Assembly (NCBI GenBank): GCA_013265495.1
Contig: MU062907.1
Location: 4,446,305-4,510,304 of the forward strand
Reading direction: 5' to 3'
DNA from: Vicugna vicugna
Lineage: Eukaryota
Length of the DNA: 64,000 nucleotides
Position 1 is the stretch's first letter. Every line of letters begins with the position of its first letter. The notes under the pieces are model-generated. The model had not been told where the DNA came from and ran no database searches. It saw only the letters and a program-made list of their open reading frames with translations. This document shows positions 11,841 to 23,607 of this stretch, piece by piece. A program made the translations under genes and the position numbers.

Positions 11841-12852
11841 TTTGCCACTAACCCAACTTCACAAAACTGGTTGGTGGTAGAGCTGGAATCCTGTTTCCCC
11901 TTTCTTCAACTGGATTTTGAAAATTGTAAAACTAATGTGGACTTATAAGGAAATTCGCTCTTTTTCCTTAATGTTGCAGTTCCTACCCACCATCCCTGCC
12001 TGGTTGCCATTTGTCTACAGACATTTTCCCAATTCAGAAGTTTTAAAACATGAACAAAATTTATTAGTGCTTCTCTTTACGGTGTCCATGCGTTAGTAAT
12101 GTCGATGTTACTCCAAGATTACTTTGAAGAATGTTTTCTTCTAGTGCACTTGTGTACCGTGGAAAGGGCTTATAAACACCTTAGTGAATTCTTGTCCTTA
12201 GCTCCTTTGCCTTTCTTTGTTTTCATAGCACTTATTATGTAAGATGCATTGGAATGTAAGTGTCACAAGAGGAGAAACTTTTGTTTTCTCTTATGCTGTA
12301 CTTTGTTCATAGTAGGTGCGTAAGAAGTATTTGATGTTGAAATAATTTATGTTTTATTTTCACATTTAAATACAGTGGGAATGTGTTTTGCTGTAAGGGC
12401 TGAGGTGGGCCTTCAACTCTACTTCCTCTCTGCCTTTTAGGAGCAGCCTTTTTCGTCTTCTGACAATATATTGATCAGCAAGTGTATTTTTTCCCCATGG
12501 ACGTGAAATGCCATTTTTTATCCTGTAATGCATAACTGAACTTATTTTGGGACTAATCTTCATAAATATCCTGACTTTCTTTCATATGTTTTTCTCTAGA
12601 TGAGATTTTTTTTTTTTTACAGTCATTTTATCCAATCCTAGCACTCCCCATCCCTGGGTTTGTTTTGATTATGGAGTTTGAACCTCAGTCCTTCTACCTT
12701 AGAGTTCAGTTCTCCTAGACCAAATTAGCTTGAAATTAAAACAAAAGAAAAAAAAAAAAAGAAGTCATCTGAATAAATAAAACCATTATCATCCACAGGA
12801 TTGGAGGTCTGAAATCAGAAATAATCAATTGAATTGCATTACTGAAAACATA

Positions 12853-13030
12853 GTATCATATTTCATTGAATGAAGGATACCATTAATTATAACCCATCAT
12901 TATTTTATGTATCATCAGAAATAAAAAATTGCCAAATTAATTATGTCACCCCATCCATTGTAAGATGTACTCAATTCAGAGACGTTAAAATGTTAAAAAA
13001 AAGTGTCTTAGAATCAATGAAGCACAACAT
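12853..13030 (-). mobile_element. MER104-like TcMar-Tc2 MITE
   Basis: atatttcattgaatgaaggatacc..ccatcattattttatgtatc..ccattgtaagatgtactc..cagagacgttaaaatg..gtgtcttagaatcaatgaa; terminal inverted similarity tttcattga/tcaatgaa. Confidence 0.75.
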
Positions 13031-15344
13031 TAGTAGAATGTGTTATTAAAAACTATTTATTTTGTAGTAATTTGCCTACTTTTTTTGAAGTATTTTTCAA
13101 AAGTCTCATTTGTCCCTTATTACTTCTCTATGATATAGAAAGGACCAATATTTTAATTCTCATGTTACACATAACAATAATGGCAACATGTATTCAGCAG
13201 GAACTATGAACCAGCTGCTGGTCTAAGTTTACAAAGTAAGTGGTAACGTCAAGATCTGAGCCTGAGAAACGTGGCTCCAGGGTTCACATCCTGAATTAAA
13301 TACAACCTGCATCTGATAAGAAACTTGCAACCTGGAGACCTTCAAAGATTTTCCACAATCCCTCAGTGGATTTTGACTCCTACATTAGCACATTCTACAC
13401 GTCATCCTCTGAAGATCATCGTAGTGAACACTATGGGTTTTCTGTTTCTCAATCTTTGGGTTTAGCCCAGGGGAACCTGGTAGCTGTGGCTCCTGGTGTA
13501 GCCAGGAAGGATGGTCAGTAGGAAAGGGGGCCATCCAAGCCCTTTAGGTGAGAGATTTATAAGATGTCTAGGTCTCCTTTTAAGTCTCGTCTCTGTTACC
13601 TTTCGGACAGCAGCATGGAGCAGGAAGCCCAACAACTCTGCACAAAAGAGGATAGTTATTGGCTGGAAGTGTATCTCCTTTGACTTGGGTTGTTTTTGTT
13701 ATTCTGCCTTGGCTCGAATAACACGTCCTGGTCAGGCATGATTTCATCATTGGGACTTCGGGTTTCCATCCTGAGGCTCTCGCTTTGATGGACCCCAGGC
13801 TGGATTGCCAATGCTGGCAGCTCTCTGAACAGCCTCTCCCACAGAATTATGCAGAACTGAGTTCTGCTGATGCTTCAAGGACCATCCTTATAGGTGAGGG
13901 ATTCAGCGTCTTTTCTTGGAGTTAATCCTGGTAATTATCTGCATGTATGCCTCTGAACGTGTCGGGTGGAATAGAGCATTTATATTTCCCTGGACCAAAC
14001 AAGTTTCCCAAAGTAGCAATTGACCTAATCTTTTGAAATCAGTTTTCCTCCATGAAGCACTCAAGGGCATGTGCATGAGTGATTCGTGAGTTTTCACTGT
14101 GCTCTTTGGGGTAAAGAACTTTCCAGGTGGAGTGAAGTGGGAACACTTTACCTGGACTTAACGGCGCCAATTCCTGGTTAAGTGAGGATTAGGCAGTCTT
14201 CTTGTTCAAGCCACAAGAGTGTATTTCCTTTGTTCTCAAACAGGTGTGGACGAACAGCCTTCTTGAATGTTTTTACAGTGATGGGTGTCAGGGAGCACCA
14301 GGATACTTGATACTCATCATGAGAATCCCAAAATGTAAGAAGTGAGAAAGGCATTTAAGCCCCAGCTAGATCAGACCTGACCAGCCCTGCCCATGTTTCA
14401 TGCACTAAACCCCCTTACGATGGCTTTTTTCTCCCCATTCTGTCTCAGAGCCCAACTGGCTGAGAATTTGGAGACAAACTTTCCTGAAGTGAGTGTTTCG
14501 GACTGCATGCCATAAACTCGCTTGGAACGGCTTCTGATCGGCCATCAGAGAGGAGGGAAATTTGCTGACTCTGACAAATGAGAATTTGCTGCAATCTCAC
14601 AAGTTAAACCTTCCCTAATAATCCCTAAGAAGAGCTGCTCCCCAACTTCATTAACTAACTAAACAATTCCAGATCGAGAGTTATCCACGCTGCACAGTAT
14701 CGCTGACATGCCCGGTGCTCTTCACCAGCTCTGTAATGATTTCTCAACAAAACCCGAGGATGCCTGGATGCTCTGCCCGGGAGCCCTGTCCCTGGAGCAG
14801 CGGCTGATTCCACTCCCGCGGGTTGATGTGCCCCTAGAGGGCTCCCCTCTGGAAGCTGATGGCCAGGTCTCCGTGGGCTGCCCGAGGGTTTTCCCAGCAT
14901 CCTCTTTCTCAGCAGGGTTGAGCCTCTCTTAGCACGAGAGAGTCTTGGCTCTCAGCCGTAATTCAGCTTCGTGAGATGGTGATTTTTATTTTTCATTGTT
15001 TCTCTCTTGTTAAGGACTCCCTGCCTTGAGCTATTTTGAATTAAGTAGCTGGTTCCTGGAGATGTTAATTACTGTGATTTTTCCGGAGAACTCCATTTCG
15101 GGATTTAGTTTCTTTTGAGATACACTTTACCTCAGTGTGTATTAAGCAGTGGTGATCCTTACACGGTCAGCTGTGACTGTGGCTATGGGCCTGGCTAGGG
15201 CCCTGAGGAACTCTCTGGAACATGTAGCTTTTTTTAGTCTCATTGTAGGTTGTGTGGCTTGGCCTCCTCTATACATGTATAACGGAGGCTAACTGTATGA
15301 ATTTGCTGTATATTTTAACAACAGCTGAGGGAGGTGATATTAAC

Positions 15345-15905
15345 CAGTGGTTGGGGGTTGGCCTTTGAGCACAGATTGTGTGGGTTAAATTGCTGCTTCC
15401 TACTTACCATCTCTATGATTTTAATCTCTCTAAGCTTTGCTTTCTCATTTGTAAAATAGGAAAATTAAAAATACAGATCCACAATTGCTTAGCTGAAACC
15501 TTGGGGGCCAGCTAGATGCATTTTATTTTAGAATTCTGATTCTTTCATATCTTAGAAAAATAAACTGTTACATATGCCCTATTTTACATCAGCCCCCAGC
15601 ACCAAAGTCTGGGTGGAATCCTGTAACTAATTAATATTTCTGGGGCAAGATGGGTGACTATTTACGTTAAATAACGATTAGAAGGCTTACAGCAGTTAAC
15701 GTTCGCGTCAGATTTTATTGCCAAATGTGTTTGTGGCAAACTTACGACAAAAATGCATAGTTTCCAGGGCTGTTGGATTTTGGAACTGCAGATACGGGAG
15801 AGTGAATGCATCCTTACTCCTAGTTATTTTTCTTAAGTAAGTTATGTGTCAAACACTTACTGCAGTGGCTTCTGGAACACCAACTGCCCAATAAATGTTA
15901 GCTAC
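15345..15905 (+). mobile_element. MIR split by a MER46C-like insertion
   Basis: 5' part ..ctttgctttctcatttgtaaaataggaaaattaaaata; 3' part ..gtcaaacactta..caataaatgttagcta. Confidence 0.65.
15476..15812 (+). mobile_element. MER46C-like TcMar-Tigger MITE
   Basis: ta|cagatccacaattgcttagctgaaaccttgggggccag..ggattttggaactgcagatacggga; about 340 bp, matching recalled MER46C ends. Confidence 0.75.
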
Positions 15906-16099
15906 CACTGGGATCCTCACCCGCTGGTGGGGTCCACAGCCTCCCTGTTAGTCTCTGAGCATTCTGGCGGGTTATTTAGTCCCCGAGTCAGCCTTTAAAA
16001 ATGTGTCATCTCCAAGTGGATCCAGATGAGATGAGTTTTACCAGCTTTGCCTCTTAAGACCATACTTTTGTTCCACTGGTTCTAGAGACCAGAGCCATC

Positions 16100-16275
16100 T
16101 GATCAAACCTTCTGCAATATGAAAGTGTCCTTTATCCGTGCTATTCAATGTGGTAGCCATTAGCCATGGATGACTGTTGAGCACTTGAAATGTGGCCAGT
16201 GTGACTGAGAAATTGATTTTTCAATGGCATTTAATTTAAATTAAAACCACTCGAGGGGGTAGTGACCACCACATA
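16100..16275 (+). mobile_element. MER3-like hAT-Charlie MITE
   Basis: ggtagccattagccatgg..ttgagcacttgaaatgtggccagtgtgactgagaaattgattttt..atttaatttaaatt. Confidence 0.85.
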
Positions 16276-16370
16276 AAGAGACCTGGGCATGGAGTTTAGT
16301 GCTGAAGTGACCTTGTTCACTCCAGATGTAGAATTCACTGTCCTCAAGCTGCCAACACTGCTAAGAAACT

Positions 16371-16930
16371 ACTCATTCATTTATTTATTTCCCACCTGTT
16401 TTATGAGTGTCTACTGTGGATCAAACCCTTTTAGGCACTAGGGATACAGAACAAGGTTTTCACACTCAAGGAGAGCACACACATTTAAATCATGTATTTG
16501 TAAGCATATGTGGGTACACATCTCCAACAAATAGACAGTGATGAATCCAGTGAGACGGATAACTGGGACTGCGGTGGGAACATGGAGGAGGGGACATGCG
16601 ACCAGCCGAGGGTTCAGAGAGAACTTTCTTGAGAAGGAAGTACCTGGCTTCTTGTACAGTAGTAGAAGTTAGCCAAGGGCAGCGGGCTAAGGCAAAGAAG
16701 GAATTATAGGTGAGCCAGAGAAAAGACAGGGAAATGCAAGCAGCATGGTGTCCAGACCTGCTATCAGCTGTTGATACGGCTGGAGGGGCTGAGGCTGGGG
16801 TGGAGGGGTGGATGGTGGCCAGCCTTGTCTGTGGCTCTGCTCCTGGAGACCAAGCAAGGATTCTCTCTTTCAGAGTTTCAGCCAGCATTTCATCAAAAAA
16901 GTGGAACCTATTTGAGGTATTTAAAGATGG
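16371..16930 (-). mobile_element. L2 LINE 3' fragment
   Basis: actcattcatttatttatt..tgagtgtctactgtg..ggcactagggatacag followed by purine-rich L2 body. Confidence 0.7.
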
Positions 16931-17531
16931 AAGATGTTTCATTTGGGGAATCGGTGGCTTCTGTAATGATTGGACTCTGGGAACAAAGATAAGGCCACTT
17001 TCAAGGAATCAAAAAATTCAGGGATTGTGGGGAGCTGCCACCTATTGTCTTGGCTACCTGTGACCTTGAACCCCAAGGCAAAGTGCACATCGGCCACCCA
17101 CTCTCTTGCAATTGCTGTGGGACAGCTGCAGCTGGAGATTAATGCTTTCCTTTCTCCTTTGCCTTCCAAATCTTTTGTCAAGTTCTTTCAGTGGTGGAAT
17201 TTAGCAAGGAAATCTGTGAATTGAGGTTTCCAAGCTTTCTGCTCTTGAAGCACAAGGAAGAGGTTGGAAGAGCTGGATGGCACTGAGTGACAACAAACAG
17301 TATAAGGTCCCACCATTTTCTTAAGTGTCCCAAACTAGTAATGTTGCCTGGAGGTAAGGTGACCACAGAATTTATCCAAACCAGGTCACTTGAAAATGAA
17401 AGGGGCTCCAAAATTCATTAATAGATATTAGTTGATACATGGAAGTATAATCTATGGTTGTCCCAGACAAATGGAAATATACAGTCACCCTAGATTAGGG
17501 TATCATTAAGAAATATTATATATTATATATA

Positions 17532-17922
17532 TAATTATCAGATAAATGCAAATCAAAACTATAATGAGGTATCACTTCACAGTCAGAATGACCATCATTA
17601 AAAAGTCCACAAATGGTAAATGCTGGAGAGNNNNNNNNNNNNNNNNNNNNNNNNNNNNNNNNNNNNNNNNNNNNNNNNNNNNNNNNNNNNNNNNNNNNNN
17701 NNNNNNNNNNNNNNNNNNNNNNNNNNNNNNNNNNNNNNNNNNNNNNNNNNNNNNNNNNNNNNNNNNNNNNNNNNNNGAGGAAGCTCTAATTTGAAAAGGT
17801 ACACACACCTCAGTGTTCATAGCAGCACTATTTACAACAGCCAAGGCATGGAAACAGCCTAAATGTCCATCGACAGATGCTTGTGTAAAGAAGTTGTGGA
17901 ATATTTATATAGTGGACTACTC
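17532..17922 (+). mobile_element. L1 ORF2 C-terminal fragment (contains N-run 17631-17775)
   Basis: Translates MQIKTIMRYHFTVRMTIIKKSTNGKCWR, the L1 ORF2p C-terminal region; continues gttcatagcagcactatttacaacagccaag. Confidence 0.92.
17631..17775. other. N-run (145 nt) inside L1
   Basis: L1 is collinear on both sides of the N block. Confidence 0.98.
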
Positions 17923-18080
17923 TGATAATTAGTGATGTGGAGTGTCTTGTCACGTGCCTATTGGCCATGTGAATGTCTTCTTTGGAGAAATGTCTATTTA
18001 GGTTTTTGTCCATTTTTTGATTGGATTGTGTGTTTTTTTGTTATTGAGGTGTATGAAGTATTTGTATATTTTGGAAATTA
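17921..18080 (-). mobile_element. L1 ORF2 fragment inverted relative to 17532-17922
   Basis: Minus strand translates DKNLNRHFSKEDIHMANRHVTRHSTSLIIR, which directly precedes EMQIKTTMRYH in ORF2p. Confidence 0.92.
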
Positions 18081-19582
18081 TGATGGTGTTTTTAAAAGAA
18101 ATATGTATCACGTGGTCCTTAAGGACCCTTGAGAATAAAGTTTTGTCACTAGAAATGAAAGGGCTTTGGGCTGGGGTGTGGGGCTGTTGAACACTACATC
18201 TGAATTTTGTTTCAAGTTGGTCATTGGGTCTTTAGGATGGTCTCGGTAATTAGTCCAGAACCCAGAATTGCAACAGAATTAACCCCTGACATGATTTAGC
18301 ATCGTCCTTGGCATCTCAAAAGTGGTCAGGAAAAACTTGTTCGGCCAAAGCAGCGAGACTCGTGCTCTGTTCTTCCTTTGCAAGAAGTGAGCTTAAACTC
18401 AGATGACAGCTGGCAAGGCTGGGAAAAGTCTGGAAAGAGCGATCTAGGTGTCAGGGACCAGCGCTGTGTTTTGGAACATGAACGGGTTGATTGCATCATG
18501 CTCACTTGATTTTGTAGTTTATCCAGTTAAGCTCTTAACTCTGCCTTGGAAAAAATAAATGTATTATGAGTGCAGTGGAGCCCTGGCTATCGCTTCTCCA
18601 GCCTGGAAGCAGATGTGCATTTGGAACATGCTGGTCTGGGGGGCCCACAAACCATCCAAAGGAACTGAATGTGAAGTAAGCAGGGAATGTTGGCTCCCCA
18701 TTTCAATGATGCTTTGTGATCTAAGAGGTGTTTTTCCGTTTTCAACAATGTGCCGCAGAACGGTCTGTAACAGTCTGTTGCAATTTTCTCCCCAAATCTC
18801 TCACGTTTCTGCCAATAGTGAATTAGACTGTCATTAGTTTCACAGATGTGCTTTGATCCCTACACGGCTTGTCTCCTGGCAGGGAGACATGTGAACCATT
18901 AATGCGGATTTTCTAAACCTGGAGAATAAAGCACAGCACAGTGCAATGAATGTGGGCGAGGAGCCTGGAGCCCCGGGCAACAGAGTTGCATCTCTGTTGC
19001 TAATTAACTGTGTCATCTTGGGTGAGGCATTGAACTTCCCATTGTCTCAGTTCTCTGGTCTGTTAAACGAGAGCGTTGGATGGATTCTGAAGTCACTTGC
19101 AGATCCTCTGAGAGCGAATGGGAAAACGCTACAGGTTTAGAGAAATGCTTGCTTGCTGTTGAGATTGGGCTTTCTGAACTTCATCCAAGGTGCTCTCCCG
19201 GGATAACCATTTATCCTGTTCAGTTACTAGCTCACTGCTTCCCAGGGTGCTGCCTGGTAAAGGGTGCAAGGGCTGTCTGGGTTTGATGATAACTTTTCTG
19301 GGCGTCTCCATCGTTCAAAGACCAAATTGTTTAAAGGAGGAAACGTAGGGTAAAGAATTGTACATTTCAGAGCTGATGAAGCTCTTAGCGATCTCTAGGG
19401 ACTTCTTGTCTAAGCCCCTTGATTTACAAATAGCAACCCCAGGTAAGTCACTTCCCCAAGGCTATCTCCTACATCATCAGAGTTGGACCCAGCTCCAGTT
19501 TGTCTGCCTTTGGGCCATCATCCCAGCACTCAGGCTTGTCAGTAGCTCAGATCCTGGTCTATGGAAAGATCTTTGGTGATTC

Positions 19583-19735
19583 TTTCTTTAAATTTAAGTA
19601 CAGTCGGTTACACTGTGTCAGTTTCTGGTGTACAGCACAACATCCCAGTCATGCATATATTCATTTTCATATTCTTCCTTGGTGATTTTAATTTCATTAT
19701 AGATCAGTACAAGATTTTGGTAGCAATATCATGAT
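19583..19735 (-). mobile_element. Short L1 3' end (camelid-type tail)
   Basis: aagtacagtcggttacactgtgtcagtttctggtgtacagcacaacatcccagtcatgcatatattcattttcatattc; reverse of the tail seen at 43.4 kb. Confidence 0.8.
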
Positions 19736-19959
19736 AGATTGAGTTGGAGGCTCGGGAGAGGGGATAGCCATGAATTTAGAAGCTCTAGGGGAAAGGTCTG
19801 GCTTCGCTGCATGCAAAACCAGGCAGCTCACTCACTTGTATGAGCCTCGGTCTCTTCGTCTGTAAAATGGAGATGCTAAGAATGCTGATCTCTCAGGCCT
19901 CTGCTGCAGAGCTGGTCCCTGCGATGTGGTAACTCTGGCAACTAAATAGAGTTATATAA

Positions 19960-20150
19960 AAGATAATCGAAAATGATAGCAAACACTTGTGGGATGTTTT
20001 TACCCACCAGGTGCTATTCATGCACTTCGGGTATGTTGGCTCAGTCAATCCTGGAACAATTCCATTGGCAAGTTTTACAAATGGGGAAACTGGACTTAAA
20101 ACCACTGAGATTTGTTCGGCTAACGAAGGCAAAGGCTGGGGTTCACACGA
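19960..20150 (-). mobile_element. MIR SINE
   Basis: gatagcaaacactt..ccaggtgctattcatgcactt..ttttacaaatggggaaactggac. Confidence 0.65.
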
Positions 20151-21084
20151 GGCAACCCTGAGCAGGTGCTCGGAACCATCATACTGGAGTGACTTACCTT
20201 GAGCTTTCAGGGGCCCTGCAAAACCAGCAACCATCTCCCTGACTCCTCCATGTGCCGTTCTGATCAAAGCCGGAAGAAATCTTTTGCATGACCAATGCCA
20301 GTCCAGACAACCCATTCCAGGCGGGTGAGGAGCATGGCACTTCGCTCACTGCTTGGGGTCCTGCCTCAGGACCACAGAGTAGGGAGGAGGTGACTGGGAA
20401 ATGAGGTTTGTTGAGACCAGTTCCAAAGCACTCACACCCACCACCCACCTCCGGGAAGGATGCTCGTTGCGGCAGTAAAATGATCAATATTTCTCATGCA
20501 TGACCAGAGACATTTGGGAAAGAGAGGCCAAATCATGACTTTACTGTTCCCTAGGACCCCTGGAAAACATATAGGGGATCAGTTCTCAGGCAGAGGGGGC
20601 AGAGCTCTATCTCCATCTATTTCTCTGTCTGTAATCCACGTATCTGTCTATTATCTCTGTATTTATATATGTATGTATCTCTCTCTCTATGGACCTTGTG
20701 TTAAGCACCTTTGAAAAGGATGCTGAAGGGCCTCACTTTAAAGCTTTTGATTTCCAATTGTTCCCTCCTGACCCACCTGTTTAAGCACTGGGGAGTCTTT
20801 GAAGTGCCTGTCTTAGTGAGTTGAGAGGGAAAGAGGAGAGAATTCACAGTCAGCCGCTGCTAGTGCAGCCGTGAGTTGAGCCAAAGTGAGCGACAGGGTA
20901 TCACCTCCAGGAGGAAACTCTGCTTCTGGTCCTCCCTGCCTGGCACACATCTTGGAACGCCAGGAGAAAGCATGCAAAGAAAATGGACTTCTTTGGGCAA
21001 ATATCTCCAAACTTTACATTTATTTTTAATTAAAAAATTTTTTTGAGCTATCATTGATTTTGCACATTTTTATTTAATACTTTT

Positions 21085-21210
21085 CATTTATTTGTTTTGG
21101 TGGGGGGGAGGAAATTAGATATTTACTTATTTAATGGTGGTACTGGGGATTGAGCCCAGGACCTCATGCATGCTGAACACGTATTCTACCACTGAGCTAT
21201 ATACCTCCCT
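21085..21210 (-). mobile_element. Vic-1-type tRNA-Ala-derived SINE
   Basis: ggggaggaaattag..ggtactggggattgagcccaggacctcatgcatgctgaacacgtattctaccactgagctat; reverse complement of a tRNA-Ala(AGC)-like head plus the cctaattacctcccc-type tail. Confidence 0.9.
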
Positions 21211-21899
21211 GCAAAATTTGTTTTAATGAACATTCAGCCACATGAGAGGGAAAACTTCTAAAGTATTTGTAAATAACAAATAAATGTATGTGTACATAAA
21301 CATGTGTGTATGTGCACACCCATACATACATGTACATACATGTACCAGGCATGTATGATCAAGTTATATCTTTATTTGCTTAAAATATTAAAAAATATTA
21401 ACATACTGATTATTTTCTAATTATGCAAATAATACATACTTGGCGAATACAGGAAATTCATAGGAAAAAAATCACCCCTTCCCCTCAAGGTAGCCATTGT
21501 GAAGATTTTGAGATCTGTTTCAAACTCTCTTGTTTTGTAATCAAAGCAAAGCATGTACATAATTTAAAAAGTCAAATAGTCATGCAAGACTTATGACAAA
21601 AAGCAACAGATCCCTGCTTCAGGCTTACCATCAAGTCAGGTTTCCCAGAGGAAACTGCTTTCAACTGTTTGAGCTGTCACTGCTCGTATTTATTACCATC
21701 TTTATAAATGATGCTTTATGTGCTATTTTTGATTTCCCAAATGTGGACATTACCTATTGACTTCTTACTAAGGTAAAGATTTAGGTCTCTTCCAGCCCCT
21801 CTGCCCTTTCACACACACTCACTTCCTCTCCCACCAGTACCTTTGATTATAAATCAAAATTCATATATAAACACAAAAGGCCATTTCGACATCAGTCCC

Positions 21900-22630
21900 A
21901 ATGTGTGCAGGGAGGGAGGGGGGTCTCCCTGTACCACCACGTGATTCTCCAACCCCAGTGGGTGGCCTACAATTCAGCTCAGTTCGGACGCCACCTGCCA
22001 GGGGATAGTGTCAGACTCCACAAGTTAAGGGCTCAGCCCTACAAGATTGCTTCTCCTGCTGGCCCCACCTCCCCCTCGCCAGCNNNNNNNNNNNNNNNNN
22101 NNNNNNNNNNNNNNNNNNNNNNNNNNNNNNNNNNNNNNNNNNNNNNNNNNNNCCTCCCCCTCGCCAGCCCCCACCCGCCCCCCAGCCCGCCTCTTCAGAA
22201 GCCAGTTGCAAATCCTGGTTGTTACCTGTCCTTCTGACCCAGCCACTGACTATGAATCAGAGGTTCCCACGAATCCCTCCTCGGGGTTGATTAATTTATA
22301 GAGTGGCTCAGAGAACTCAGAAAGACTCTCTAGATTACAGGCTTATTATAAAAGGACATAACTCAGGAACAGCCAGATTGAAGAGATGCGCCAGGAAGAT
22401 ACGGGGAAGGGACACGGAGCTGCCATGTTCTCCCAGAGCCTCTCCCAGCACCTCCATGTCTTCACCAACCTGGAAGCTCCTTGAACTCCACCCTCTTGGG
22501 TTTTTATGGAGGCTACATTACACAGGCATGATTGGTGAAGTCATCGGCCATTGTGTATTGAATTCAATCTCCAGCCCCTTCCCACCCTGAGGTCAGGGGA
22601 TGGGACTGAAAGTTCCAACCCTCTAATCCT
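21900..22630 (-). mobile_element. MER21B/C-like ERVL LTR
   Basis: ttaagggctcagccctacaagattgc..gaggttcccacgaatccctcctcggggttgattaattt..ggaacagccagattgaagagatgc..ttttatggaggctacattacacaggcatgattgg..gaaagttccaaccctctaatc. Confidence 0.85.
22061..22190. repeat. GC-rich minisatellite/VNTR spanning an N-run (22084-22152)
   Basis: Identical 16-mer cctccccctcgccagc at 22068-22083 and 22153-22168 on either side of the gap. Confidence 0.75.
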
Positions 22631-23254
22631 AAAGCCTTTCGGAAATTCACCTAATTAAAATAAATCCTGCCTTTGCCTTTATCATTTGACTCAGTCTGTC
22701 TCCTGTATGTGAAGTGCACCACATAGCAATGTCTGAGTTACTACGCGCTACCTCTACTCCATCTCCGTCCGTGGGCACTTGGAACTCTGATTCCTCAGTT
22801 AATTTCTCCATCTGCTTAACATTCCCCCCCATTTTTTGGCATCTCTTTCCCACTACTGTATTCTCCCTTTCTATTTTCCCTTGAGAATTTATTCTTTTAC
22901 AGTATTTTTAGCTTGGTTTGGGAAAGGTACAGAAATAAATACCTGTGTTCATTGGTTATGTTTTGGCAGATCTCCTGTGTATCTTTCAAAATTAAATATA
23001 GGGCATAGTTCCTGCTGAAATAATTGACCTGTAAAGATAAAGCTAATAAAAAAATACAGCCTATGAATTTACTAATTGCTTTTTCTTTGAGAAAGTTTTA
23101 GCCGATTTTACTGCCTTGGAGTTGGAGTCACACAGTTACGTGTTGAAGATGGATGCTCTAACACCATTAATTGGTTCTTGCAAATGAAGAAATGACTACA
23201 GAAATGAAAAGTTGATTCAGAAAGTGGAGACTTTCTTAATGGATTCAGAACATG

Positions 23255-23370
23255 GTTGTTTCACATTAAAATCACTTGATGGGGGGCTTTTGAAACATAC
23301 AAATGCCTAGTTCTAGACAGATGAAGTCAGCATCTCTGAGGATGGAAGCCCGAAGTCAGTATTAAAAAAA
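23255..23370 (+). mobile_element. MER5-family hAT fragment
   Basis: cacattaaaatcacttgatggggggcttttgaaacatacaaatgcct. Confidence 0.55.
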
Positions 23371-23519
23371 AACCCCAAAACCTAAATTATTTCCATGAAC
23401 AGGGAGGTTTAGTCACCTCTGTTCTATCTAAAGAGTAGGTTGTGGCTCACATAACATGATTTTAGGCATTAGTCCTCACATTTTAGTGGATGTAAATATT
23501 CCTGAGATGTTGCTTTAGT

Positions 23520-23607
23520 ACCTGTAGGACTGAGTCTCGCAGTCTAACAAGATTCCCAGGTGACTCTAGAGAAGGTGGTTCACAGGTCCTTCTTTAAGAA
23601 AACACTG
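23520..23607 (+). mobile_element. MER5B-like 3' end
   Basis: taacaagattcccaggtgactctag..ggtggttcacaggtccttctttaagaaaacactg. Confidence 0.65.

Larger units (their letters stand above)
21380..23100 (-). mobile_element. Old L1M (L1MC-like) 3' region interrupted by a MER21-like LTR
   Basis: aagtcaaatagtcatgcaagacttatgac..cccagaggaaactgctttcaactg..acattacctattgacttc resembles recalled L1MC 3' UTR. Confidence 0.5.

Noticed and set aside
13851-13867. Palindrome gcagaact-g-agttctgc resembling a steroid response element
   Set aside because: Spacing and half-sites do not match AGAACAnnnTGTTCT; short palindromes occur by chance
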